Shown here: positions 19,606 to 29,918 of the stretch, one piece after another | Position numbering within the stretch: the first letter of the stretch is position 1 | How the letters are laid out: each line of letters opens with the position of its first letter | Assembly: GCA_038824035.1 (NCBI GenBank) | Contig: JAWBBW010000006.1 | Location: 1 to 64,000 of the forward strand | Length of the DNA stretch: 64,000 nucleotides | Direction of reading: 5' to 3' | Source of the DNA: Desulfurococcaceae archaeon | GTDB lineage: Archaea > Thermoproteota > Thermoprotei_A > Sulfolobales > Desulfurococcaceae | Program-made: the position numbers and the translations under genes | Notes under the pieces: generated by a model | What the model was told of the DNA's origin: nothing | Seen by the model: the letters and a program-made list of their open reading frames with translations, nothing else | Database searches by the model: none

Positions 19606-22413
19606 ATGGATGATTTTGGGTTATATTTCATGGCCAATGGCGGTAATATCAATAAAGGCGTGAATACAAGGGAAGTGGATTTCAGTTACTTGGAGAAACT
19701 GGGTTTTAAAAAATATCGTTGTAGAAAGTGTGGTAAATTCTTCTGGAGTCTCCTACCAAGGGATATTTGTCCAGACAGGCCATGCAGTAAATACGAATTC
19801 CTATACAAAGGCTATAAAAAAGTATTGCCCTTGGATATCCGAGAGACGAGAACCAAGTTCATAGAGTTCCTTAGATCCCGGGGACATGGGGTCGTAGATC
19901 CATACCCCGTACTGGCTAGGTGGAGAAACGATCTATACCTAACCATAGCATCAATCATAGTATTCCAACCAGCTGTTACTGAGGGATGGGTGGATCCACC
20001 TTATAATCCACTCGTGATAATACAGCCGTCTATAAGGTTAACAGATATAGATAACGTAGGATTAACTTTCGGAAGACATTTAACAAGTTTTGAAATGGGA
20101 GGAATGCATGCTTTCAATAAACCGGGTAAATTCGTATACTGGACGGAGGGAATATTCGAAAACACCATAGATTTCTTCGTGAAAGAGATTGGAATAGATC
20201 TCGAGGACCTAGTCTTTAAAGAGGGGTGGTGGGAAGGCGGTGGTAATGCTGGACCAGCTCCAGAGGTATTAATAGATGGGATGGAGGTTGCGACACTTGT
20301 TCATATGATGTATAAAGTAGTTGATGGCAATTACATAATTAACCCAGTGTTGGTTGTAGATTGTGGTTATGGAATGGAAAGAATATCCTGGTTAACGAAA
20401 AGAGTGCCCACAGGATTTCATGCTGTATATGAGGGGCTTATAAATAAATACAAGGATATATTAGGCGTAGAAGAGCCTCCATATGATATCTTAAAGCACT
20501 TTGTTTATGTCCTCAGTGATGTTGAAATATCCAGTATGGATGAATACCTTAGATTGATCAAAACAAGTGATTTTAATGAATATCTCAAAGAACTTGAATC
20601 AATAGTATACTTATATAGTAGTCTTGACCATGTCAGAACAATTAGCTTGATGCTATCAGATGGAATTGTTCCCTCCAATACTGGAGAAGGATATCTAGCA
20701 AGATTGGTTATTAGAAGGTTGTTGAGGAATATATTGAAGCTCGGCATAGAGCCTTCGAAATTAGCTGATGTGGTACAAACATTGATAGATGAGCAGATAA
20801 AGTATTGGAAAGGAGATTATATTTATGGTAAATTCGAAAAACACTCTGATTACATTCATGATGTGATCTCCATAGAGGTGAATAAGTTCCTGGATTCGAT
20901 ATATAAGGGCATCGAAGTTTTAGATAAATTACTGAGGAAAAAGAAAATCATAGTGCTAGACGATCTAATAGAAATATATGATTCACATGGCATACCGCCC
21001 GAATTCATTGCTGAAAGAGCCAGAATACATGGATTAAACATAGAGATACCTAGTGATTTCTACTCACTAGTTGCTAGTAGACATTCTTCGCCCCGTGTTT
21101 TAACCAAGGAGAAAGAACAGGAATATCCACAAGACCTGGTCGAGTGGGCTAAATCGTTTCCACCGACTAAAAGGGTTTTCCACGAAGATCCGTACATAAC
21201 GGCCATAGAATCTATAGTGCTAGGGGTGAAGGAGAATTACATCGTGCTGGATAAAACTATTATGTATCCATGGGCTGGTGGACAAGACCATGACGAGGGC
21301 TTTATACAACACGATGACAGTGTTTACGCGGTAAAGCGGGTGGATAAGATAGGGGATGTTATCATACACGTTATCGATCGAAGCCCACAATTTAAACCAG
21401 GTGATATAGTAAAGGTGAAAATAAATTGGGAGAGAAGATATAAATTGATGAAACACCATACAGCGACACACATAGTGTTGGCTGCTGCTAGACATGTACT
21501 TGGAGATCACGTGTGGCAAGCCGGGGCTCAGAAAACTGTTGAAAAAGCCCGTTTAGATATAACACATCATAAATCACTATCCTTAAGGGAGATAAAAGAA
21601 ATCGAAAAAATAGCCAACAGCATAGTAGAGAGCAGAATTGATCTCAAGTTCAAGAACATGGATAAATATGAAGCGGAGTTTAAACACGGCCTGAGGATAT
21701 ATCAAGGAGGCGCTGTATATTCCCCTATATTAAGAATAGTGGAAATACCTGGATGGGATGCTCAAGCTTGTTTTGGTACGCATGTTTACAATACCTCTGA
21801 AGTAGGGGGTATAAAGATCATTAACGTTGAGAAAATACAGGATGGTGTTATGAGACTAGAGTTCATAGCCTCCACTAGATTAGTTGACTACATAAACTCG
21901 ATGAACGAGGAAAGAGAAAAGATCATGGAAATACTTGGAGTTAAAGATTCAACCGATCTCATGTCAGCAATTAAACGCATCCACTCAAGCCTGGAAAACA
22001 TGAGGTCTCTAGTAGAACAATACCGTGACAGCCTTAAACAAATAATAATAAGTACCAGAGAGGAGAAAGCCATTAATATTTGCGGCGTGAAAGCCCTATT
22101 ATTAGAAATTCCATTAAATGATGAAAAATTGATCAAAGATATCCTTGAATATTTCTCTATCAAGAGAAACATGTTAATCACAATTATATATAGTGGAAAT
22201 ATAGTTGAAATTGCGATAAACCCCGAGGAAGCCAAAAGAAAATGTATAGATCTGAGAAATATTGTTAAAAAACTAGAAGAAGTCGGATGCAAAGGTGGCG
22301 GAAAACAGGATCATGTTATTATACGTTTTGAAAGACCTGTTGAAAATAAGAAAATAATTGAAAGCATAGCTGAAACCGTGTGCACCTCCAAATGCCCTGA
22401 TGGGAAAAAATAA
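19606..22413 (+). CDS. alaS: Alanine--tRNA ligase
   Basis: ARWRNDLYLTIASI, DNVGLTFGRH, HHTATH editing site, GGG C-Ala domain. Confidence 0.96.
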   Translation: MDDFGLYFMANGGNINKGVNTREVDFSYLEKLGFKKYRCRKCGKFFWSLLPRDICPDRPCSKYEFLYKGYKKVLPLDIRETRTKFIEFLRSRGHGVVDPYPVLARWRNDLYLTIASIIVFQPAVTEGWVDPPYNPLVIIQPSIRLTDIDNVGLTFGRHLTSFEMGGMHAFNKPGKFVYWTEGIFENTIDFFVKEIGIDLEDLVFKEGWWEGGGNAGPAPEVLIDGMEVATLVHMMYKVVDGNYIINPVLVVDCGYGMERISWLTKRVPTGFHAVYEGLINKYKDILGVEEPPYDILKHFVYVLSDVEISSMDEYLRLIKTSDFNEYLKELESIVYLYSSLDHVRTISLMLSDGIVPSNTGEGYLARLVIRRLLRNILKLGIEPSKLADVVQTLIDEQIKYWKGDYIYGKFEKHSDYIHDVISIEVNKFLDSIYKGIEVLDKLLRKKKIIVLDDLIEIYDSHGIPPEFIAERARIHGLNIEIPSDFYSLVASRHSSPRVLTKEKEQEYPQDLVEWAKSFPPTKRVFHEDPYITAIESIVLGVKENYIVLDKTIMYPWAGGQDHDEGFIQHDDSVYAVKRVDKIGDVIIHVIDRSPQFKPGDIVKVKINWERRYKLMKHHTATHIVLAAARHVLGDHVWQAGAQKTVEKARLDITHHKSLSLREIKEIEKIANSIVESRIDLKFKNMDKYEAEFKHGLRIYQGGAVYSPILRIVEIPGWDAQACFGTHVYNTSEVGGIKIINVEKIQDGVMRLEFIASTRLVDYINSMNEEREKIMEILGVKDSTDLMSAIKRIHSSLENMRSLVEQYRDSLKQIIISTREEKAINICGVKALLLEIPLNDEKLIKDILEYFSIKRNMLITIIYSGNIVEIAINPEEAKRKCIDLRNIVKKLEEVGCKGGGKQDHVIIRFERPVENKKIIESIAETVCTSKCPDGKK

Positions 22414-22441
22414 AAATCTCGTAAATTTCTAATTCATTAAG

Positions 22442-22516
22442 GGGCCCGTCGCCTAGCCAGGATAGGGCGCCGGCCTTCTAAGCCGGAGGCCCGGGGTTCG
22501 AATCCCCGCGGGCCCG
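22442..22516 (+). tRNA. tRNA-Arg(TCT), no intron
   Basis: Cloverleaf; CCGGC-CTTCTAA-GCCGG. Confidence 0.96.
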
Positions 22517-22670
22517 TTAATTATTTTTTACATAGCCAAGATTCCTCACTCAAAACATATCCAAATACAACAATATCGAGAATGCATATCACTGATCCAC
22601 AATTAGCTTTATTTAAAGAGTTGTTGTATTATATTCCATGAATGAGTGTGTTAAGTTAGTGGCGGTATAA

Positions 22671-23330
22671 ATGGCTAGGTTCAGGGTCTTAATAGTAGGG
22701 GGTGGCAAAGTAACTGAGTCTTTACTTCATGATCAATCTTTCAGAGATCTGGCTAGCGAGATAATAATTATCGAAAAAGACCCCAAGAGAAAACCCGTTC
22801 TCGAGAAGCTTGGAGACGTGCTAGTGATAGAAGGGGATGCCACTGATATTTCTATTTACGAGGAAATAAATATGAAGGATATCTTTGCTGTACTAGCATT
22901 AACTAATAGCGATGAAATAAATCTCATGGTACTAGCAATAGCTAAATCATATGAAGTTCCGCTTAGAATCGGTAGATTTACCGAGGCAAAAATAGCCGAA
23001 CTGGTTAGGCAGTTACAACTGGGCATAGCCATAGTACAGCCGATCACCATAGCTGGTATCGTCAAGCAAACGCTCTCCTCATTAACCGATGTGAATACAT
23101 TAGGGGATATTAATGGTAAAAAACTATATGTTGTTACCATAGGTGAGACCGACATAGCCGCTGGTACTAGAATTGGTGAGTTACGACTAGAAGAGGTTGG
23201 TGCCAAGATTATAATGATGTTTGATGGTACAGGTTTTAAAGTGCCGAGTCCCGATGACACTCTATATCCAGGTGTATTGCTATTTATATTGGCTAGCAAC
23301 GAGGAATTCCTAAGTAGGATAAAGGGCTAG
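22671..23330 (+). CDS. TrkA-family RCK (K+ transport, NAD-binding) protein
   Basis: IVGGGKV, IEKD, IEGDAT, TNSDEINL; TrkA-C domain. Confidence 0.85.
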   Translation: MARFRVLIVGGGKVTESLLHDQSFRDLASEIIIIEKDPKRKPVLEKLGDVLVIEGDATDISIYEEINMKDIFAVLALTNSDEINLMVLAIAKSYEVPLRIGRFTEAKIAELVRQLQLGIAIVQPITIAGIVKQTLSSLTDVNTLGDINGKKLYVVTIGETDIAAGTRIGELRLEEVGAKIIMMFDGTGFKVPSPDDTLYPGVLLFILASNEEFLSRIKG

Positions 23331-23339
23331 TTTCGGATA

Positions 23340-24104
23340 TCACGAGATAATATCTATGGATATCTCGGTAAATGAAAGCCTTTGATCCTTGAATTCTCTC
23401 AGAGCTTGCATTAAATTCTCCACCACATCTACGATATCAACGATTCTTACCGGCACATTAATTGGAAATATCTTTAAAGCCATAACTACTGAGGAATCAG
23501 TATATTTCTTCACCATTATTTTTTTCTCTGTTTTAATAAGCGGATGTCTAAATCTCTCCAAGATATCCAAAACAGTATTTATGATATTCATGCATAAATC
23601 ATTGCAAGTATATTTTATCTTCAATCTTAACTTTATGTGAGGCGATGACGTGGTTAGGATTGAATTGCAAAAGACCTCATTTCTAACCATATATTCGTTT
23701 CCAAATACGTCTTGAATGACCACGTGTTGAGATGTTGTCCTAGCTACTTTGCCATGAAGTACCTTTCGATATCCAGGTAAGATTATTTCATGGAACTTAC
23801 CACGAACTTTAATATCCAATTGAATTGCAAGACCAAGTAGGTAAGATTTGAGAGGGATATAGAGTAATGCAAGCATGATTATGGCCAACACGCTTAAGAG
23901 ACCTATAATACCCCAATATTGTGGGAGAAATATTAATATCGCCGATGATATTAATATGACCACAATAGAGATATCAATAATTTTAACCACTATATCCCGT
24001 ATACTAGCTGAGATCGTGCCCTTTGAAAGTAGTGTATCTAGAAGTCTCTTAGCTAAAATACGAATAAGTACCAATGCCAATGTTATGAATACTAAGGAAA
24101 TCAC
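23340..24104 (-). CDS. MscS-like mechanosensitive channel / membrane protein
   Basis: Three N-terminal hydrophobic helices, then a beta-rich domain (GKV...VIQDVFGNEYMVRN). Confidence 0.55.
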   Translation of the reverse strand: MISLVFITLALVLIRILAKRLLDTLLSKGTISASIRDIVVKIIDISIVVILISSAILIFLPQYWGIIGLLSVLAIIMLALLYIPLKSYLLGLAIQLDIKVRGKFHEIILPGYRKVLHGKVARTTSQHVVIQDVFGNEYMVRNEVFCNSILTTSSPHIKLRLKIKYTCNDLCMNIINTVLDILERFRHPLIKTEKKIMVKKYTDSSVVMALKIFPINVPVRIVDIVDVVENLMQALREFKDQRLSFTEISIDIIS

Positions 24105-24249
24105 GCCTTCATATATACCAGGCAGAGTTGTTCACCCCCTGCTACCAAGTGAATTTTTTCCTAAGCATTATAAATAACGTTATTTCAGGGTTATCAATCG
24201 AAATAACTATGACTCTGTTATTTCGATAACAACATGTCGCCTTATAGAT

Positions 24250-25539
24250 CTACATGTTAACAAACCCACGCAGATCATAAAAAGTAGCCTCATTTATATA
24301 TACATTGATCCATTCCCCAAAATTGAGTTGTATATTATTTTCCACCACAACGGGTATGTAATTCTCAAGTCTACAAACCCATGTAGTGTTTTTCTCAGTT
24401 ACATAACATTTTACTGACCTATGAATATATCGCCCATGAACCTTGAGGCCTATTTCGACTATGACATCGAGTGCTCGTTTGATTCTTTCCTTCTTAATCC
24501 TAGTGGAGATCTGGGGCATAGACGCTGAAAGTGTTAATGGCCTAATACTATATCCTGCTAGGTGAACCCGTTCGAATTCCAATTCCCTGATAATCTTTAA
24601 CGTCTCCTCAAAATCCTCCTCTGTTTCAAAAGGATGGCCTATAATTATGTCTGTCGCGATACTAATACCTGGTATTTTATTTCGGATCTCCTTTACTAAG
24701 CGACGGTAATCATCCACCGTGTAATTTCTCCTCATGATTTTTAATAATTTATCGCTACCTGATTGCAATGGAATGTGGAGAAATTTATATATCGTATTAG
24801 AATTCTTGATCACCTCTAGTAACTCGTCGAGCATGAACATCATGTGTTCTGGATTTATCATTCCAATTCTGATCATATAATTTCCTTTAACACTGTTCAC
24901 TATTTCACTTAGTAATTTCGGCAACATCCTTTTTCTATATAGATCTATTCCATAACTACCAAGATCCATGCCCGTTAGTTCTATTTCAACAGCTCCTTTC
25001 TCAACAGCTTCCTTTATTGATCTAACAATGGCCCCCGTGCTATGACTTACTAGGACCCTTCTCGCATACCTAGCTATACAGAAACTACAATTGTTTAAAC
25101 AACCTTCTTGGATGGGTATGGGTAAAACCCTATTACATGGATCAATGTATACGCCGATGAGATCCCTCTCCCTAATACCATCGAGTAGTAAAAGCCTCTC
25201 ATTTGTCTCAACGACGATATCTATTTTATTGGCATTTTGAGGAGAGATGAGACTGGCTTCAGGGGCGATCTTAGCTATTAAATATGGCTCTACTTTGGCC
25301 ATACAACCGGCGATCACTAGTTTTTTATTATTCACGATGCAATGCTCTCTTAATTTCTTTATCCTATTTATCATATTGTACTCAGTATCAAGCCTTACTA
25401 TGCAGGTATTAATTACTATGACATCGGCTTTCTCTAAACTATCGACTACTTCGTGGTGTTTTTTATGCAAAACATATTTCATTAATATCTCATCGCTCTT
25501 ATTTAGCGCACAGCCATATGTTTCTATGTATACTCTCAT
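24250..25539 (-). CDS. tRNA t6A37 methylthiotransferase (e-MtaB/MiaB-like)
   Basis: ETYGCALN, INTC, AGC, radical-SAM CLNNCSFC, HIPLQSGS, TRAM-like C-terminus. Confidence 0.9.
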   Translation of the reverse strand: MRVYIETYGCALNKSDEILMKYVLHKKHHEVVDSLEKADVIVINTCIVRLDTEYNMINRIKKLREHCIVNNKKLVIAGCMAKVEPYLIAKIAPEASLISPQNANKIDIVVETNERLLLLDGIRERDLIGVYIDPCNRVLPIPIQEGCLNNCSFCIARYARRVLVSHSTGAIVRSIKEAVEKGAVEIELTGMDLGSYGIDLYRKRMLPKLLSEIVNSVKGNYMIRIGMINPEHMMFMLDELLEVIKNSNTIYKFLHIPLQSGSDKLLKIMRRNYTVDDYRRLVKEIRNKIPGISIATDIIIGHPFETEEDFEETLKIIRELEFERVHLAGYSIRPLTLSASMPQISTRIKKERIKRALDVIVEIGLKVHGRYIHRSVKCYVTEKNTTWVCRLENYIPVVVENNIQLNFGEWINVYINEATFYDLRGFVNM

Positions 25540-25609
25540 CTAGATCGCCATAAGTATAAAATACTGAATGCTCTTCTTTTATTTTTAGTAAAAATAAGGA
25601 GGATTAAAT

Positions 25610-26041
25610 ATGAGTACCAGACGCATTAAGGATTACAGTTACGAAGAACTTATCGAGAGAGCGTTCACTAAACTAGCTGGTAGAAAAGGTAGCGAGGAGG
25701 TTTTCGAAATGCCCAAGGTGGTTCTTTTAACTATGGGCGGTAAGACAGTAATACACAATTTCAGGGAAATAGCTAGAGTGCTTAACAGGGATGAGGAATT
25801 ATTAAAGAGGTATTTGATGAAGGAATTAAATGTTCCGGGAAACATTAACGAGGCTGGTCAACTGGAACTTAAGGGAAAGTTCCGGGAAACAGCGATCCAG
25901 CAATTGCTAGATAGATTTGTAAATAAATATGTAAAATGTTCTACATGTGGCTCAATACATACTAGGATATCGAAAAAAGGAAAAGTGTTCATACTTAAAT
26001 GTGACGCGTGTGGTGCGGAGACATCTTTCCAGGCATTTTAA
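25610..26041 (+). CDS. eif2b: Translation initiation factor 2 beta
   Basis: KTVIHNFREIA..LNR; YVKCSTCGS...CDACGA. Confidence 0.95.
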   Translation: MSTRRIKDYSYEELIERAFTKLAGRKGSEEVFEMPKVVLLTMGGKTVIHNFREIARVLNRDEELLKRYLMKELNVPGNINEAGQLELKGKFRETAIQQLLDRFVNKYVKCSTCGSIHTRISKKGKVFILKCDACGAETSFQAF

Positions 26042-26069
26042 CAACATCCTTGATATTAAGGTTCAAACT

Positions 26070-26381
26070 ATGAGTTCTATTAAGGTATATGTAAAAGTAC
26101 ATGAAATAGGAGATAACAAAATAGTTGCTATCTGTGATGCCATCATACTGGGCACAGTGTTAAGAGATAATGAAAAAAATATATCATTCTATGTTGACCC
26201 CCAGTTTTTCAAGGGAGAACTAATGGACCTTGATGATGTAGAGAATATATTGAGCTCCGCTAGTAGTGCTAACCTAGTAGGTAAAGCCATTGTTGAATTC
26301 GCAGTTAAAAAAGGATACATACATCCAGAAGCTATTTTAATCATTGATAAAACACCTTTAGCTATGTTTACGCGAGTGTGA
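26070..26381 (+). CDS. DUF424 family protein
   Basis: IVAICD..ILG, FFKGE, ANLVG..IV; conserved position after aIF2b. Confidence 0.8.
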   Translation: MSSIKVYVKVHEIGDNKIVAICDAIILGTVLRDNEKNISFYVDPQFFKGELMDLDDVENILSSASSANLVGKAIVEFAVKKGYIHPEAILIIDKTPLAMFTRV

Positions 26382-27502
26382 ATAAAATGAGTTTTTGTAT
26401 AAGATGTGGTCGTGACGTGGAATTTAAAGACCTTGTACATGGTTACTGCGTAGATTGTTTCTTGAAATACGTTGGCATATTCAGATCAAAGCCGATTATC
26501 AAAATAACCATGTGTCCAAAGTGTAATTCCATATTTTATGGAAACACCTGGATTAATCATGATCAGGAAAAAGTATTTAAAGAAATTGTGAGGAACAAGA
26601 TACCGAAATTTCTAAACGAACGCGTCAAGCTGGTTGATCTCGTATTCGCAAATGATATTTATCATCATATGGATTTTGGTCAGAACACTGTTGATGTCTC
26701 GCTAAAGCTAAATGTAAATGAGACACATCTGATAGAGGTATCAGATAAGGTCGTTATAACGATAGATCCAAAACTCTGTAGAAAATGCTTCATGAGATCT
26801 GCTGGAACACATAAAGCCCTTGTACAAATAAGATTCGAGGACACAGACGTAGCTAATGAATTACTTGACAAAGTGAATTCTTTCATAAACAGGGCATTAA
26901 ATGAATTAAAGCTAGAGAGTAGTATAGTTGATATCGAACAGCCAAGAGAAGGAATGGATATAAAATTTAACGACATAGGCTCGGCTAGAAGGTTTGCATA
27001 CTATATTTCAAACAAACTGGGTGCTAAAATAATCGAATCCTTTAAGACAACGAAATTCGATAGTAAACGCGGTAAAAGAACCGGCATATTGACACTTTCC
27101 ATAAGAATACCATTATTTAAAAAAGGTGATCTAATTGTCTATAAAGACAGGGTTGGCATAATAATGCATGTCCGCGAAAACAAAATCCAGACATGGTTTC
27201 CTGAATTAAATAGGATCGATGAATTATCGATTAGTCATTACTGGGATGGTATTTTGAAGAAATTAATAAATATCGAAGAGTTAGAAGAATATGTCGCATT
27301 AAACATAGATGATAAAAACATAATACTTTCCAGTACAAAAACAGGCGAAATTAAACAAATTCCATTAAAACCATCTGTTACTGTAATACAGCCAGGGGAT
27401 AGAGTTATATTAATTCCCTTAAATAATAAAGAACTCATAATACCGAGTAACATGGTGAAAAGCTATGAGCAAAAAAGCATCAAAGGAAGAAACACCCTCT
27501 GA
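26378..27502 (+). CDS. NMD3-family ribosome biogenesis protein
   Basis: Four CxxC pairs and ALVQIR. Confidence 0.85.
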   Translation: MNKMSFCIRCGRDVEFKDLVHGYCVDCFLKYVGIFRSKPIIKITMCPKCNSIFYGNTWINHDQEKVFKEIVRNKIPKFLNERVKLVDLVFANDIYHHMDFGQNTVDVSLKLNVNETHLIEVSDKVVITIDPKLCRKCFMRSAGTHKALVQIRFEDTDVANELLDKVNSFINRALNELKLESSIVDIEQPREGMDIKFNDIGSARRFAYYISNKLGAKIIESFKTTKFDSKRGKRTGILTLSIRIPLFKKGDLIVYKDRVGIIMHVRENKIQTWFPELNRIDELSISHYWDGILKKLINIEELEEYVALNIDDKNIILSSTKTGEIKQIPLKPSVTVIQPGDRVILIPLNNKELIIPSNMVKSYEQKSIKGRNTL

Positions 27503-27800
27503 AATACCATTACCTAATCCAAGTGAAAATACTATTATATGTGGTGTAATAAGGCATCTTGGCGGCGATTACCTATTAGTACGATGTATGGATGGCATAG
27601 ATAGAAAAGCTAGGATACCAGGTAAAATAAGAAAGAAAATCTGGATCATAGAAGGCGACTTTATACTGGCCGGGTTATGGGATTCAGGCTCGGATAAATG
27701 CGATGTCATTTATAAATACAGCAGAAGCGAGATCAATAAATTGATCGATAAAAAGATCATACCCAAGGAATTTGTCGACGCCATAAGCGGGTTATTATGA
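27465..27800 (+). CDS. eif1a: Translation initiation factor aIF-1A
   Basis: LGG..LVRCMDGIDRKARIPGKIRKKIWI.EGD. Confidence 0.95.
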   Translation: MSKKASKEETPSEIPLPNPSENTIICGVIRHLGGDYLLVRCMDGIDRKARIPGKIRKKIWIIEGDFILAGLWDSGSDKCDVIYKYSRSEINKLIDKKIIPKEFVDAISGLL

Positions 27801-28603
27801 ACGATATAGATAGAATTCCATTTAAACAAGACGAAGAACGTGTCAAAGACAAGGACCTTTTCGAAACTGTAGAGGAAGTGTTTGACACCGCTACTGTGAT
27901 GACAATAATAGAGTTGATACGTAGACGAGTGATCAAGAAATTGAATGGGGTGATCAACAGTGGGAAAGAGGCACGGATATATCTCGGTTACGATCTCAAC
28001 AATAAACCTATAGCTGTGAAAATATATTTGACAAGTACATCGGAATTTAAAAAAGGAATGCACAAGTATATCAAGGGAGATCCAAGGTTTAATGGTATAA
28101 AACTGAGCAATACAAAACTACTAGTCTATACATGGGCTAAAAAGGAATTCAGGAACCTAAAAAGAATGTATGAAGCAGGTGTAAAAGTCCCCAAACCTAT
28201 CGCGTGTCTGAATAATGTGCTTGTAATGGAATTCCTTGGTGAAAATAATACAAGATATCCATTATTGATTGAAGCATATGGAGATCTCGAAGAAGACGAG
28301 TTAGAACGAATATATAGCCTAGTCATAGATGAAATAGAGAAAATTGCGTGCAAAGCGAGGTTAGTTCACGGTGATATATCCGAATACAATATAGTTGTGA
28401 AACCCAGTCCTGAAATAGACATATTTCTCATAGATGTTGGGCAGGCGATCGATCTATCGCATCCTAGTGCATGGGAGCTCTTATTGAGAGATATCAGGAA
28501 TATTAATCGCTTTTTCAGTAAAAAAACCAATATAATTGTCTTGGACGAAGACAAAATCGTGGAGAGGGTTAAACCATGTTTAGAGAAGAGAAAGGAAAGT
28601 TGA
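27797..28603 (+). CDS. rio1: RIO1 serine kinase
   Basis: SGKEA, AVKIY, KEFRNL, VHGDISEYN, IDVGQA. Confidence 0.95.
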   Translation: MNDIDRIPFKQDEERVKDKDLFETVEEVFDTATVMTIIELIRRRVIKKLNGVINSGKEARIYLGYDLNNKPIAVKIYLTSTSEFKKGMHKYIKGDPRFNGIKLSNTKLLVYTWAKKEFRNLKRMYEAGVKVPKPIACLNNVLVMEFLGENNTRYPLLIEAYGDLEEDELERIYSLVIDEIEKIACKARLVHGDISEYNIVVKPSPEIDIFLIDVGQAIDLSHPSAWELLLRDIRNINRFFSKKTNIIVLDEDKIVERVKPCLEKRKES

Positions 28604-29181
28604 TCATGGGCGTTACAAGGTTCTATGAAAAACTGCCATTAGAACGCATAGGAGTCCTGCTAGGCGAGAACGGTAAGGTTAAAAGAGAAATAGAGGAAAA
28701 AACGCGCACACTTATAACAGTAGATTCTGACACAGGCAGTGTGATAATAGAGCCAGCATTTACAGATACTACTGCATTGGAACTGATAAAGGCAAGGGAT
28801 ATCGTAAAGGCTATAGCACATGGATTTAGCCCTGAAAAGGCATTTAGATTGATCGACGAGGATCAGATTATTGAGGTTATAGATGTTAGGCAATATGTTG
28901 GCGATAAGCCAAATCACATTAGGAGAGTGCTCGGAAGAATAATAGGTGAAGAAGGTAAAACCAGGAGAATATTGGAGGAGGCCACGGGGACATATATATC
29001 AGTATACGAGCCGTATGTAGCTATAATAGGGGATTATGAATCATTGGAGATCGTTAAAAGGGCCATAGAAATGTTAATTGAAGGCCGGGCTCATTCAACG
29101 GTATACAGGTACATTGAGCGAGAATCTTTTTCCTTGAAGAGAAGGAAGATGACTGAATTATGGAGAAGAGAGATCAGGTGA
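28576..29181 (+). CDS. KH-domain rRNA processing protein (Dim2/Pno1)
   Basis: IGVLLGENG and GRIIGEEGKTR KH motifs; real start may be ATG 28606. Confidence 0.9.
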   Translation: MFREEKGKLIMGVTRFYEKLPLERIGVLLGENGKVKREIEEKTRTLITVDSDTGSVIIEPAFTDTTALELIKARDIVKAIAHGFSPEKAFRLIDEDQIIEVIDVRQYVGDKPNHIRRVLGRIIGEEGKTRRILEEATGTYISVYEPYVAIIGDYESLEIVKRAIEMLIEGRAHSTVYRYIERESFSLKRRKMTELWRREIR

Positions 29182-29230
29182 AAAACACATACTTATAACC
29201 CCTTAACTACAAATAAGATCCTTGTCACCG

Positions 29231-29291
29231 ATGAAGAAAGAACCCGGGTTAGAAAGACTGAATAAAAGTGTTGAAAAGGCCCGCATCAAGA
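29231..29291 (+). ncRNA. C/D box guide sRNA candidate
   Basis: C ATGAAGA 29231-37, D' CTGA 29258-61, C' GTGTTGA 29268-74, D AAGA 29288-91; CTTATAA upstream. Confidence 0.55.
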
Positions 29292-29319
29292 GGTTTTATC
29301 GTAGAAAGCATTACAAGGT

Positions 29320-29595
29320 TTACCAAGAAATCCTCTGAACCATTAAAACTTCGACCTGGCTAACACCAGGTATTTGCGATAACGTAGTCTCAAGTTGTTC
29401 CGTACCGCCTTCTGTTTCCTCCGGCATTAAGAATAATATTTTGAGCGCCTTTAACCCAAATGCTATTGGTTCCTCTTCCCACGCTTTAATAGAGTATCCC
29501 TGAGGAAGTGATTTTTCAATTCTATTTAATAACTCATCATGCTTTATCTCTATATCCTCGGGGAATATCCTAACAATAACTGCTACATGAGCCAT
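29320..29595 (-). CDS. ef1b: Elongation factor 1-beta
   Basis: EEPIAFGLKAL, EGGTE. Confidence 0.95.
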   Translation of the reverse strand: MAHVAVIVRIFPEDIEIKHDELLNRIEKSLPQGYSIKAWEEEPIAFGLKALKILFLMPEETEGGTEQLETTLSQIPGVSQVEVLMVQRISW

Positions 29596-29606
29596 TCAAT
29601 TCCACC

Positions 29607-29825
29607 TCATGGTCCTTTAAATCCACAGGCAGGGCAATTATATTCGACTGACAACTTCCTACATCTTTTACATCTCCTTATAATTGTTTTTCCACAATTT
29701 GGACATGGAAATTCAACTCCGTATTCATTCGGAGTAATCAATTTTTGGCAACTACTACAAATAGGCGGTGATGCCGCATCTTCTATCCTTATTTCCTCTC
29801 TATGGCTAAGTACATAACTATTCAT
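29607..29825 (-). CDS. Zn-ribbon RNA-binding protein (DUF1610-like)
   Basis: CSSC, FPCPNCG, RCKRCR, YNCPACGFKGP; conserved position upstream of ef1b. Confidence 0.88.
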   Translation of the reverse strand: MNSYVLSHREEIRIEDAASPPICSSCQKLITPNEYGVEFPCPNCGKTIIRRCKRCRKLSVEYNCPACGFKGP

Positions 29826-29918
29826 GATCTCGTCACCATTTTTAACACAGCTTTTATTTTCATCATATTAGGGCTTAATAAAAAATTTCTTCTGAATAAA
29901 AAGAGGGCGTTACTATAT

